Positions 1 to 15,068 of a DNA stretch of 64,000 nt are shown here, piece by piece. The first letter of the stretch is position 1, and each line of letters begins with the position of its first letter. Made by a program: the position numbers and the translations under genes. The stretch lies in NCBI GenBank assembly GCA_000934665.2, contig JYFJ02001230.1, forward strand, positions 1 through 64,000. Direction: 5' to 3'. The notes beneath the pieces were generated by a model, which worked only from the letters and a program-made list of their open reading frames with translations, was not told where the DNA came from and made no database searches. The stretch comes from Catajapyx aquilonaris. Taxonomy: Eukaryota.

Positions 1-323
1 CTAGCTAGTGTAAGCAACAGGAAATTACAGGGGATTTTTTTGTTGTTGCCTCTCTTATCTTCACTATGCTTGTGTAATGAGGAAGTTGAATCAGGAATGT
101 TTTTCGCACTTCTCACGATATTATATTGCAGAGTCACTATGCCTGCAAACTCTTGCAAATGGGAAACAGACCTCACCACTTATTATCCTTATCATGCAAT
201 GGGATCCATTCTAAATTGGTCAAGCACCATAAGATTGCCATGTTTCCAAATTTAAAATCTGCTCTTGATAATGCTACAAATTTCATAAAAAAGGGGGGGA
301 TACCTCTTTGGAATAGGACAGTA

Positions 324-1022
324 CCCTGCATTAATGGCCATGCACAGATACCGCCACCTGGCCGAAAACGAGCAGAACTAGGCGTGGTTGGCTGCGTCCA
401 AAATACATGGACAGCTCCAGATATCGCGGTGAATAATTCATACGCTTGCTATGAAGATGTATCATAGATCATGTATTTATGGGATGGATTATAAGTCCAC
501 TGTGATTCCAATCAATGCATTGAGGTTGTGAACAACTTATAACACAAACCATGCAAATTAATGAATACCCATTAAATTAAATGAATACCCAGAAGCCCAG
601 AATACCCTTACTCATCCTTATTAAATAACTCCTGAATTAAAAAGTGAAATGATGGGAGAAGAGTGATGCTGTTTACACGCACTCTAAAAAGTCCCATACA
701 CAGCCACACATTAACAGGAGACAGTAATAATATTAATACTTTAATAGGCATTCGAATGATCTGCGTAATAACTGGTTCACAACTTCAGTGCATTGATAGG
801 AATCGCAATGGCTTTATAATCCATCCCCTGAATACATAATTATATTCATGATCCATCTTTATAGCAAGCGTTTAAATCCATGGTTTAAATCCACCGCTAT
901 GTCTTGAGCAGTCTCGTGAGTATAGCCTTGAGCTGTCCAAGTATTTTGGACGCAACCAACCTTGGGTACTTCCGCTCGTTTCCACCAGATGGCGGTGTCT
1001 GTGCATGGCCATTAATGCAGGG
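324..1022. mobile_element. Fold-back MITE with long (~230-270 bp) diverged TIRs and TA TSD (Tc1/mariner/pogo-like)
   Basis: About 321-560 is the reverse complement of about 750-1025 (CCCTGCATTAATGGCCATGCACAGA... / ...TCTGTGCATGGCCATTAATGCAGGG). TA flanks at 322-323 and 1023-1024. Confidence 0.8.
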
Positions 1023-1240
1023 TACTGGACTAGGGAATGTTCTCCAAAGTTTTGAAATGTATCCCTAGAGTGCATAGAAGTTATGAACTCTAATATGCAA
1101 TCTTTTCCCAGTCTGGTACATTACTCAAATTATTAGTGTGAATTCATATAAGTCATTATTCCCCCCTCCCCCCAAATGGACTTCAGGATGGGATCATCCA
1201 TATTACCCTTGACTGCAAACTGTAGTAGTCTTGTCCAAAG

Positions 1241-1882
1241 ATGTTTCTATGTATACCATACATTCTCATGAGCCAGGAGGCTATGGTTTCCGTTCGAGCC
1301 TCGTTGACATCAACTATACTCCAAGCCTTGAATAATACAACTCGCTATGTGCACTATTTGGACTATGAGCCTGTAATTGATCAAAAATACATATTCCAGC
1401 TTAACTTACCGATTAAATTTGTGAGAATGATTATCAATTTAAGAAACTTTTCACCCTATTTACTAATCGATGGTTTTAAGTTGGATTTTAATAACGAATT
1501 TACTGCTATTGAATGCGTTTGGTGTGATCAGAGCACTCCTTTCTCAATTTTTCATGTGTTATATGAGTGTCAATATTTCCATGCAGCAAGATCTGAACAT
1601 TTGGATAACCTACCCCGATACCCTCCTGATAAGTTGCATTTTTTGTTTTATGCTCCAGTGAAGGAAGACATCTATTCCCTGCATGCCTTCTTCCGACAAC
1701 TGATCAAGCGCATTGGCACCTTCCATTCTTGATGTATACAGATTATGTTTTCTTGCTATTCTTGTTCTTCTCTTTCTTTTTTCTGGCTTTTCACACAATG
1801 TTTTCTCTGTTTATGTTATCTTGTAAGGGAGAGGAGCCCCCCTATAGGGCTTAGGCCCACAACGGGGTACATAATAATAATA
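1241..1882 (+). mobile_element. 5'-truncated non-LTR retrotransposon (ORF2 C-terminal zinc-knuckle-like remnant, 3' UTR stem-loop, (TAA)n tail)
   Basis: ORF 1241-1732 carries CxxC...H...C (ECVWCDQSTPFSIFHVLYECQYF), typical of LINE ORF2 C-termini. It is followed by a T-rich UTR, a CCCC..GGGC-loop-GCCC..GGGG hairpin (1837-1867) and ATAATAATAATA. The 5' boundary is uncertain. Confidence 0.65.
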
Positions 1883-1964
1883 TTTTAAAAAATACATTCT
1901 CATGAGCCTGTACCGTGGATCCACACATAGAGGCATTTTGGACAAGTACTCAGTACTTAACAGG

Positions 1965-1985
1965 TACCAACAAGAGCTCTTGGTA
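1965..1985. repeat. Palindromic motif (C)CAAGAGCTCTTGG, copy 1
   Basis: TACCAA-CAAGAGCTCTTGG-TACCAA. The same core occurs at 21347 and 22633. Confidence 0.8.
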
Positions 1986-2166
1986 CCAAATGGAAACTGC
2001 ACTTGGATGTTGGCTGAAAGTGCTCTGCAAATTTTACCACATTATACAGGATGAGTAACTTCTAATTTGACAGTCATGTCACTTTTGCGCATTACACTTT
2101 CAAAATATTAAAGTGGTACTTGAACAATCTTGACAAGGATCCTTCAAACAACATGATTCTACATAC

Positions 2167-2223
2167 CGTAGCCAGGCATTGTTGAAATCCTCTTTTTTTT
2201 AAAACTGTCAGTCAGTAGGCAGC
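2167..2223 (-). CDS. Probable first coding exon (M-P-G-Y...) of an unidentified gene divergent from UBE2C and running off the left edge
   Basis: Minus strand shows a strong acceptor (TCTCTCTCTCACTTTGCAG), then ACAATGCCTGGCTACG|GTATGT. An upstream non-coding exon donor G|GTAGGT lies at 2519/2518 in the GC-rich promoter region. Confidence 0.45.
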
Positions 2224-2619
2224 CTGCAAAGTGAGAGAGAGAGAGAAAATTCCAGTATAGGTCAACACATTCAACATGAGAAACTACACTATTTGTAACC
2301 CAACAGATTAAAGCATGCATAGACAACAACTGCCCCATCATGTAACTTTATTAGCACACTGTGGCTCCACATTATGCCTTACAATGGCAGTCATGTAACA
2401 CTGAATCAACATTACACCTTCGCCGACCTTTGCATGACCCCGCCCTTGACCTATCGCCCTGCCATGATCTGCCGCACTTTGTCCAACTGGTCCAACCCTC
2501 CAACACTGCGAAACCTACCCTTCCTAGAGAGGAGACAGTTTCCCTCCTTGGAACGGAGACGCAAGCAGACGACACCTTCTCTTCTTTCCTAGCTCAGGCA
2601 ACCAGCGACCCTCGCAGCA

Positions 2620-2970
2620 GGAAGAGTATTGGCGCATCTAGGCAACGGCCATGTTGGAACAGGCCAGGACAATCGACGATCGCATCAACGGCCAATTGCA
2701 TTGTTTGGGAGATCCCCCGCCGAGGGCAGCACTTGCCACATTCCCTCCTTGGATCCGATTGGCCAAACGACCACTTTGAACGTTTGAATTCTCTCCCATC
2801 ATCCGCCAGAGTCCCGCGCATATCCCCCCCACCCCTACCACCCAGCCAGCCAGGAGCCAGCCCTGCTCTCGCCTCTCTCCAGCCCGCACGGGGACCCGCC
2901 TCTACCACCACCGCCACCAGAGAGACCATCCTTCGCCGGCCTTAGCTGCACATTTGTCCTTGCCAATCGG
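2620..2970. promoter_or_regulatory. GC-rich (likely bidirectional) UBE2C promoter with CCAAT boxes and CHR-like TTTGAA motifs
   Basis: ATTGG at 2628, CCAAT at 2692, ATTGG at 2758 and CCAAT near 2963. Tandem TTTGAA at 2775 and 2783. Confidence 0.45.
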
Positions 2971-3006
2971 GGACCCAAGGAGAAGAACCGAGCCCTCGCT
3001 GCTGCG

Positions 3007-5300
3007 ATGGCTCAGAACGTGAACCCGGAGATTGGAAGCGACGAGACCAGCACCTCTGGAAAGATGAGGGAGGAGACCGCTGCCCTCTCCAAGGACTCGC
3101 ACTCGGTCAGCAGGAGGTAACTGTTCTTATTCTCGCCCTCGTACACACTGGGTGCCTTCCAGGTGTCTACATACTCACGATTTGTCTTGACCTCATTGCA
3201 GGCTGCAGCAGGAGCTCATGACCCTCATGGTGAGTTGCATCTGGCCACACAGGCCATGTGAAGTTGCCGCGGGGCAGATGCTGGTGGGGTGGTTCAGGGG
3301 GGAGTAATAAATTCATACTGGGTTTCTGTTGCAGATGTCGGGTGATAAGGGGATATCAGCTTTTCCTGAAGGGGAGAACCTCTTCCGGTGGATTGGAACC
3401 ATCCATGGGCCAGCTGGAACGGTGAGTATTAAGTGTTGCATGTATAGGGAGCGGGAGGCTGCCAAGCATCAAGAAAGCCTCACGGTGTGATATGTTAGCA
3501 CAAGCAATCGAAGCAACCTGGGCGCACATTGCCTTTTGGGGTAACAGGACATTTACTGCCATGTCGTCCACCAAAGGATCTTTTCCTCATCGTTGGCAAA
3601 GTTGGCCCATACAGCAACATAAGTTAGCAAGCTTAAGCTAATTACAAGTCTCCCAATTTTTCTTGTTGATATTGATCACTAGAGCAAATAATGTTGAATA
3701 TTATTGTTGCATGATGTGTACATTGCAGTACCCAATCTAAATAGAAAGAAATGCTATGTTATCTGCAGTCAGTGACAAGTTGCATGAACACAATCATGCT
3801 GAACACCAGGAAAAGATGGGGCCAAAATTACTGCTGAGGCACTGCATCTTTGCAAAGGTTGGACGGAAAGTTCTAAGTGACTGGTACACGGTGATTTGTC
3901 CAAAAGTAATAACTGGTAAGACCTGGGAAACGCCTTGCTGGGCAAGTTTGACACAATCATGGTTACATGTCACTATGTTTAATCATAAGAATAATGCTGA
4001 TCAGGAAGTGCAGTGCTGCTCATTTAGTACAGATTAGTGACAGTAAATGAAACTCAAGAAATAACTATGATCTGGAACTGATGTACTGTACTAATTGTGT
4101 CATGATCATATGAGTGGCTGAGAAGCAGAGTGGTTCATGTCGAAAAAGATAGTTTTGAGATAAATGCATGCAAAGTTCTAGGCTTGCCTTTGCAGCCATG
4201 GTAAAAGTAAGTCTCATTAACTTAATAATTTGATAGCAAATATTACAAACGTCTTTAGGCCAAGTTACAAAACAGTTGGGCATGGGGAATGCCATGCAAG
4301 CGACAACCAAAATTGCCGAATTTCGACGTGAACCCCTCTGCTTCTCAGCCACTCGTATGATATGGGCATGTTCCAAATGGCCGTTATATTGTTCATTCAC
4401 TTTTGCACTGCACTGAGTGTTCTAATTGTCATAATTAACTAGTATGAATGTGGCATAGTGATTCATAACATTGTCAAGTTGAACCAATTACACATTTCTC
4501 AGTCCTCACTGCTCATCTCATTTGGACATGTCACTGCTTACCAAAATCGCTACCTCATTGAAAACTTTCTGCCCAAACTTTACAGGCTTGTGGCACTGGC
4601 TATAACTTTTACAACCAAGGGCTACAGGTCTTTTTGACTCGGAATGGCGTCACGTTTTCCAAACACCCTGTGTACCTGAACAAAGCTCATCTGACCCCCA
4701 CTTTACCTTACTCCCACTACATACCCCAAACCAATGTGGTAAGTGACCTGGTCCTCGTGAAGATATGGAGGACACTAGTCACTTATGGTGCCTGTACACC
4801 TTAAATTACAATGAAGGTACACATAATCTGGACTGACACTTATTGATTTACAGGTGTATGAAGGTCTGACGTACAAACTGATGATGGAATTTCCAAGCAG
4901 TTATCCATACAAACCTCCAAATGTCATCTTTACTGCCCCGATGTGCTTCCATCCAAATGTGGACCAGTCGGGGAACATTTGCCTTGACATTCTCAAGGAC
5001 AAGTGGTCTGCTCTCTATGATGTCCGAACCATCCTACTCTCCATCCAGTCCCTGCTTGCAGGTAAAATCATAAGAATTTTTTCCTCTGCCTAAGCCTGAA
5101 TGTTCACTTTGTAGGATCAGAGTACTCTGACTTTGGAGAGGCACATTGTAATCCTTTTGAACGTCTTCTTCTTGTGTCTAATTTCAGAGCCAAATAATGA
5201 TAGTCCACTCAACACAGCCGCTGCTGAAATGTGGGCAAACCAAACTGCATACAGGAAACACCTGCTAGAAAAATACAAAGAGTGCACCGATGACAAGTGA
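3007..5300 (+). CDS. UBE2C: Ubiquitin-conjugating enzyme E2 C (vihar/UbcH10), 5 exons: 3007-3116, 3202-3229, 3335-3421, 4854-5061, 5188-5300
   Basis: Spliced translation MAQNVNPE...[35 protein letters not shown]...[47 protein letters not shown]. All junctions are GT-AG and in frame. AATAAA at 5698. Confidence 0.96.
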
Positions 5301-5737
5301 TAGCAATGCAGACAGGAGTTCTAACAATTGCTGCCAAAGAAGCTGCAGGGAAGAAAGAAAAAAACACAGTTTTTTCTCTCCTGTTTTTCCTTTTTTGTGT
5401 GGGATTTGTTGGGCGAACTTGAAGCACCAAGTGCCATATGAGCCATGGGGCCATTTTAATTATGATTATGATTTAGGATGGGAATGAAGTTATTTATTGT
5501 GCATTTGTTCATTCCAGGCTCATGGCATTGATGTACATGGGTGTCCTTCATTTGAAGGGTGAGTTGTTTTTGACTTGCCGCTTCTAGTGATATGTGAAGT
5601 TTAGTGCATGTTTTTTGTGGGGGGGAAGGGGGGGGGGGGGAGATGACCCAACCTGTAAGGTTTTTAAAATGATATTTTATACTAGCATATTTCAAGCAAT
5701 AAAATGCAACCCTGTATCTAAGCCTAACATAATGCAT

Positions 5738-8044
<2,307 letters not shown>

Positions 8045-9342
8045 CTGCAAATAAGGTACACTTACTTGTAACTATCAGAGTGTTTCAATGCTATTTTTTA
8101 TGTTTTTGTGAATTATGCAGCATTGTATTATTTTAAACTTTACTTACTAGGATCTTGACTGAGTTATAGCTGTCACCATACAAATATTGTGTATACATTC
8201 ATAAATATTTTCCAATTGCGTAATCAAAATATTTCAGGGAATATCTAGTTGATTTCACTCATTTGTAAACTTCATATTCATATTTTCTTTCAATTTCAAA
8301 TAATTCTGTATGTGAAACTGACTCACAGTGGCATTCATACGTGAGAGTAAGATGTTTCTTCTGGTTGGAAAGCCAACGACTAAAGTGATTCTTGCTATTG
8401 TAATGTATTCAGCTTTAGAGTAGTGCAGTACTGACCTCACCAATTTTTAGATGTTAGTCACATTGTTGATGTTGTTGAAGGCCATTGTTCCCCACTACGA
8501 CGTCAGTGCTGCTCTATGGCTGAATGCATCACAATCATACGCCCTTCAGTTCACTCTGCATTGTGTTGCAGGTACTTTTTAAAATAATAAAGTTAAATAT
8601 TGAAAACAACCACAGCAATGCTCTGTGGCATCAGCTTCAGTTCTCATTTTAAAGCATATGAAATGCGAGTCATGTTTCACTTGCTCTGCAGGGACCTGGT
8701 TCTAGAATAATATGAACAGTACCTGTTCAACCAACTGTGCAGAAATGGTTTAGTAATATTTGCATTGAATTTTATCAGATTGCAGCATTGTTATACTGTT
8801 GCCACTCTTCCATCCATTCACTATGTATACACAAGAATATGCTGTAGCTGGAAAATTGAGATGTATGTGACAGATTTTACAAGTGTTTGTTTTGTACTGT
8901 ACATCACAGCTGTGAGTTCCCTGGATAGTGAAGTTAAAAAGACGCATCATTGATATCTAAGAATGATTTCAAGCATAAAACAAATAATGTTACATTACTC
9001 TGCTAGTGTTTTGAAATTATGTATCATTTCATTTTGTGGATATCTTATCAGTTTTGATTCATAACTTATACCTATAACTGGTATGTACACAATTTATTGT
9101 TACTGTGCTATGCACACTGTACAGGGTTATTAAGTGGTAATAACTGGTATTTATTTTGTCATCATACATGCTTCTTGAATCAAGCATGACAATTAGTTGC
9201 GGTTAATAACATCCAGGCAAGAAATTTGTTAGCACACATTCAACTCCGTACAAGAAAAAAATGTGACTTGGGCTTCATAAAACCAAAACAATGACAAGGG
9301 GGAGAAGTGTATGTACTGTATATTTTGGCAGCCAAATGACCA

Positions 9343-12300
9343 TCACACCTCGTTTATTTCTGTTGCTCCTTCCTGCTGACTACTGGTGTCTGGTGCTTCT
9401 GATGAAGAAGAAGTAGGTTCTTCAGAAGGGGGTGGTGGAGGCTCACTGCTGCTAGAAGCTGGACTTGTGCTTTCACTTGTTGCAGGAGGAAATCTTGGCT
9501 TATCTCTAGTGCACCACTGTGAACCCTTAGTATTTTGCACAATCCAGTCAACATAATCTGTGCAGAAAGAAAAATACAAATAAAGAGTGTTAGGGCCAGT
9601 TATAGGAACAAAAGTAAACTGTATGAGTAGTTTACACACATAAATGAAACATGTTCATACATTCCCCCTACGGCATCCCTATCCCTAAGCATACTTACCA
9701 TTAACTCTGGTGTAAACACCTGACTTCCCTTCTCTGCCACAACCAGCACCCCATGACACAATTCCAATGAGTGTGTACAGGGTGTCCTTATCTTTCGTGA
9801 TAAGTGGTCCTCCAGAGTCTCCCTGACAGGCATCCTTTCCTCCAGTACGATTTGCAGCACACAGCATGCTATCAACAATCATGTCTGGGTATTGCTCCTC
9901 ACACTCATCATTCTCAATGACTGTCACGTCCACCTTCAGAAGTTTCTTGGAGAGGGATCCTCCTGTTAGAAGAAGTGGGAGTCAGTATGCACATAATATT
10001 ATGTGATGCACATATTGCACGCACATTAATATTTCATAAGGAACATGTTTTGACCTTCAGTGGTGGTTCCCCATCCAGCTGCAATAGCAATCTCGTCAAC
10101 GTAAGTTTCCTCTGAGTTTGAAAGGCAAGCGGGGAAGAAAGTCTTCTGGTCCAGTGCAACCGGAGTGCTGAGTTCAATCAGTGCAATGTCATTTTCCACA
10201 TTTTTAGGATTGTAGCCAGAGTGAATTATTAATCTCTTGGGTTTGATCACCGTGGTTGGTAAGACGGTCTCTCCTTCTTGCATCAAGTCATGTTCATTCA
10301 AGACCACCTCCAGTCTACGGGGATTCATCCTAAATGGAAAAGTGGAGTGAGTCATCAGTTTTCCTGTGCAGTTGTTGCGATCATCCTTACCCTCTGACAC
10401 AATGGGCTGCTGTGACCACATATCTGCTATTGATTAATGTTCCTCCACAGAAGATGAACCTATGAGGCGAATTTCCCCCAGGCAATAAGAAATCAAATAT
10501 GGACTTGGTTAGGGCTAGTCCCACAGTCCAGGGGAACTCATTAGGATCTGTTGGTTTCCCACCTACTATCTTCATCTCGGTGCCTTTTACACCACATCCT
10601 GAAATTAGTCACAAATATTACATTGATGTATGTGGAACGTGTCAAATATCCTTACGGCAATTGGGGACCAATTCTTCTTTGCTTAATCCTAAATATGTTC
10701 CTTCCTGCACTTCTTCACCTGCTTCGTCATTTACTACATCATCATTTACTGGTTTTTCAGTTCCAGACGACGAATCTTTAAAATCAACGTCTTCCTGGAA
10801 ATATCAACAAAATGTACAGAGTCCATAGAAGTGATAAACCAAAGACATTGCTTATTACAATACCGTTGTGAGAAGTATAAATAAACAAGGGAGGGTCATC
10901 CGGTTACCCCATTGACCCTGCCACCCAGTTGGCACCTGACCAATAAAGGCCGCCACACCCACCTTTAAGCGACTATTGAACTCAGTTCCCATAAGTGTTT
11001 TTTCTTGGGTCGTCCTTAAGGGTGATCACCTTAAATTCCTTCGCAAAAAAATAGTACCTGATTTGCATATCAGAATACTGGCGGGCAATTAATTTTTCCT
11101 TCTCTCAGATCATTGGCCCTAGGTGAGACAAGACCGGTTTATTGGCCGGTTGGCCCTGAGATATTTTCAAGGTGGCCGCGGTAAAATTAACCAAGATGTT
11201 GACATCGGCTTATACATAAGATTTTTTTGTTGTCGTGGTCAGCCTAAGTGTTATTACGGAATGCTCATGTGACAAAACCTGTCTCGATCACGATCGCGAT
11301 GCAGGACCAGAAGAGTGTTATTTTAAATTCCGATATGCACTGTATTTGCACTCATGTAATTCTAATCCTTCGTAAATGCGACACAGTGAATTTTTTGGTA
11401 CTTCCAGTTAGTGTAGGCTACGATTTAAACAGTCCATTGGACGATGTTATGAAATAATGAGTCAACACACATGAGACATTTTTGAGAAAATCAAAAGGGC
11501 TTTGAAGGTCATACCTGTGAAATTAATTCAGTGTTCTGTAAGGTCATTTATGACAGAAGTATGAAGATTTCACCAGCGTGATTTTAACTGATTGAAGTAG
11601 GATCCTTTAGGTATATGTTCCTGGGCTTATCTCAATTTTGACATTTTTGTGGGTTGACAAATTATTGCATAACATCGTCCATGCAGACCATTCATGAGTG
11701 AACTTTTCGGTCATTTGTGGCAGAAGTATGCAGATTTCCCTGCCTTGATTTTAACTGAATGAAGTACTACCCTTTGGGTGTATGTTCCTGATGGGCTTAA
11801 CTCAATTTTGCCAATTTTGTGGGTTGGCCCATTTTTGCGTAACACCGTCCAATTGGGCAATGACATATGCTGCTGAGAATATAATATACATATTATATCC
11901 ATTATTATTTTCAAAATTATGCAATAAACTTTAATCAATATGGTCAATGATATAAACCCGACCGTCACCTAAAAGGACACAAATATTGTCTGCCCATTTA
12001 ATCGGTATAAAATAATTTTAATTCTATATAGCCCCGACTCTTCCTTACACCCCTGAAATGTACGGAAGGTAAATTTAAAAAAAAATAAAAAAATAACACA
12101 TGTATTCCTCTTTACATCAACACAGGTGGCGCATTTTGTACTCTCACGTATTACTCCCGATTTTCTCGCCCAATATACTTGGCAAAATATACATACAAAG
12201 AGCATCGGAGGCTCAACCATGACAATGACCTACAATAAATGATACCATATAAGCTATCATATAAATCCCGAATAATTAATATAATGTTCCAAAGTGAAAT

Positions 12301-12420
12301 GCATGGCAAGTATCTGACCTGTTGCTCTGTAGTGGGATAGTCGGTGGTCGGATGTCCCTGGACAGCGAAGAGAAGAAGCAGAAGAGAGCATGCGAGCGTC
12401 AGTTGATGGAAGGCCCTCAT
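9343..12420 (-). CDS. Trypsin-like S1A serine protease, copy A; exons 12420-12319 (signal peptide), 10794-10656, 10598-10391, 10329-10055, 9962-9699, 9557-9343
   Basis: Signal MRAFHQLTLACSLLLLLFAVQG, acidic pro-region, C-R-C-G...K|IVGG, TAAHC, ENDIAL, GKDACQGDSGGP, and an S/P/E-rich C-terminal tail. Confidence 0.9.
11438..11851. mobile_element. MITE with a duplicated right arm
   Basis: TGGACGATGTTATGAAATAAT (11438) is inverted at ATTATTGCATAACATCGTCCA (ends 11681). The ~100 bp right arm 11582-11681 is repeated at 11749-11851. Confidence 0.6.
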
Positions 12421-14624
12421 CCTTGGTCCCCCAAAATGTTCCCTGTTCCTTCCAGCGGTTGTGGAGGAATGGTCCCGGAGACTCTCCGCGAATCCTTTTC
12501 AGGGAAGCGCTCCTTACACTGTTGCCATTTTGCTAACTCTCCATTGGCTTCTTGCACAGCATCCGTCGAACCACGCAGACCATCTGGGAGATTCGTACTG
12601 CATAAATTTGTGAGAAATTAAAATTAAGCAGGCTAACCCAATTCATCAGTAATGATTGTGAGATCAAGAATAATTTTCGCCTTTCTAGCAAGACATAAAC
12701 AGTCCTGAATCATGCACTCCCAATTTTTCATGTAGCCTACAATTTATTTATTTATTTATTTAACCCCGTTTTTGATTGCAGGGACCTCGATTTTTCATAA
12801 TAATCCTTATTCGCCAAAGTGTGCAATTAATGATTGTATTCCTTTCATATATTTTTTTGTATTTCCTAGTAGCATATAAATCACATTAATTGTGTATTCC
12901 GAAGCCGAGCAAATGTTCATATGTGTCAGAGAGAGATGGAGATGCACTGCAAACACACACCACTAATATTTTAGTGTCTTCAATATAATTACCAATGGTA
13001 AGGGCATGCGTTCGTAACATTGAAACTGTCTGAAGCAAAGAGGGTTCGTCAACCTCCACTGTCCATTTTCTTGATTGCATAACACCTGGTCACACACTCA
13101 ATATTCTTAGTACAAAAACCTGAAGGTCGCCAGTTTTCATCCAGAAGGCCACCCAGGGCACTTAGGGACTGTCTGCTTGTCTGTTGTCCCATCTTTCGTA
13201 CCAAGCCCTTTTTTTGTTGTGGTTGTTGCATTATAGCCTACCAATTAAGCAAAATCCATGTTGTGTTATCGGGGATGGATATGCCAATTTCCACAGGGCG
13301 ATTTGCATTTAGAGGGCATTGAATTTAATTCCCAGAAGACAAGGATAAAAGGCCAGGAAACTCGCGCAAGGTCACTCTCCTGCCAAACTGGTTGCCAACT
13401 GCCAGGCAAATTCTTCCACCTTTTGCCACATGTGTCATTGACCTTCTGACTTCACCAAAATATGCACTATTATTATCCATACACTTTAAAAATACGTTTC
13501 TGTACTGCAGAACCTTATTGGTTTGTTGTAACAACTCTGCAATATTGAAAGATCCATGACAAAGGTATCCTATATGGCTCATGGACTGCTATGGGTCTTC
13601 CAGTGAATTAAACCAATAGTACCTCACATTAATGTGTGTTTGGCAAATTATGGAAAGTTTCAGATTTGAATGATGAATTGTGGTTGTAGTAAATCATCAT
13701 CACTCAAACTAGAATATACACAAAGTAGAAGGTATCAAAAACTCAGGCACAGCATTTTGCATAAACATGCATAATAAGAGGAATAATAAAATGTCAAAAC
13801 CTTGGATTGTCTTGAGATACAGTATAGGGACATATGCATGCGTTTGGGGGGTACTTGAATTCCAAATATGTATGGATGAAGGTCAGGAGATATAAAAGGT
13901 CACTGACACCAGATTCTGCAGAATTACATCAATATGCTCTTGAAATTATATCCTTGTGTACAGAATGGAGAATTTTGTGTTATTGACCATCTAAACACAA
14001 ATACTATAGTCAAAGATACTGACTATAGTTAAAAACTGTCCTCCCTCGTTCATCCACTGACTGCGAGTTGGAATGCAACTATAGACTCCTGCTCCAAACG
14101 CATATCAGATGAACTCAGCATTCCCCAAAACTTGCAGAAGCAGTCACTGAGCCAAACACAGGGGTATAGAGGTAGCTGGGAGATTATTGACTCATGACTG
14201 CTTCTGCTTCCTCCATCCCTGCCCTTTCCACACTCTCCTCCTGCTCCTCTCATTTGCCAATAAAAGTTTCAGATATATATTGACCTATTACTGTGTTACT
14301 TGTCCTCTTCAAGAACTAATTTGGAAATAATGGCAATATTTATTCAATTATTATTTGCTTTTATATCACCTTTCCTGTCTTCTTTTTAAATTGTTCTCCC
14401 AGGATGGGGTTTCTAACATCCGAAACTTCACCTTGCCAACACCAAGCTAGTCCACTACCCCATGCTATGCCTGTCACCTCTTCTTTCAATTCTTCTCTTT
14501 ATAAATCATAAGCTCAATGATCATAAACATTGAAAGCAGAAGAAAATCATGGGAACACAGAGACAACTCATCAAAACACTCTTGACATGAGTTCTGGCCC
14601 ACCTGATCCAGAAACTGAATTTAA

Positions 14625-14914
14625 GGCTATTTTTCACACGAGGCCATCATGGCAGCACCGCCAGGTCTTTGCATTGCTACAAGTGGGGCCTTTCACACGT
14701 GGTGGTTGGCAGCGCTGCCCACGCAATGCCAGAAATGCTGGTGGCGAGCAGGGCGACTTTCGGAGCTCCCAGCCTCTGCCAGCTGGCCGCGCCACCATGT
14801 GTTTCCATTGAATCATATACAGTCTTTCACACGAGACGCTACATTTCTTGGGGCCAGGAGTGCCGCCTAATTTATGCGGGAGCACTGCCATGGAGGCCTC
14901 ATGTGAAAATACCC
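14625..14914. mobile_element. PIF/Harbinger (Tourist)-like MITE
   Basis: ~35 bp imperfect TIRs GGCTATTTTTCACACGAGGCCATCATGGCAG / CTGCCATGGAGGCCTCATGTGAAAATACCC, with TAA on the left flank. Confidence 0.6.
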
Positions 14915-15068
14915 TATAAGCTTGAATGTGACTTACACTACCATGTTCTCATTGTTGCACCTTAGGTCCTGCTATGAACACAAAATCACACTGAAATAAC
15001 ATGAAGATAATGGATGACACTTTATTAGCATTGTGAATTATACATATACAACTAAATATTAATAGTTT

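Noticed and set aside
2361..2945. 194-aa and overlapping ORFs
   Set aside because: By-products of a GC-rich promoter/5' UTR, with no recognisable protein.
10864..10899. Alternative first exon MTLPCLFILLTT for protease A
   Set aside because: Too short for a full signal peptide and the donor is weak. The 12420 exon is much more convincing.
12980..14260. Fragments faintly resembling decayed serine protease N-termini (TCGK..., REFPGL, VPWVAF)
   Set aside because: No catalytic motifs, and the similarity is too weak to support a pseudogene call without an alignment.
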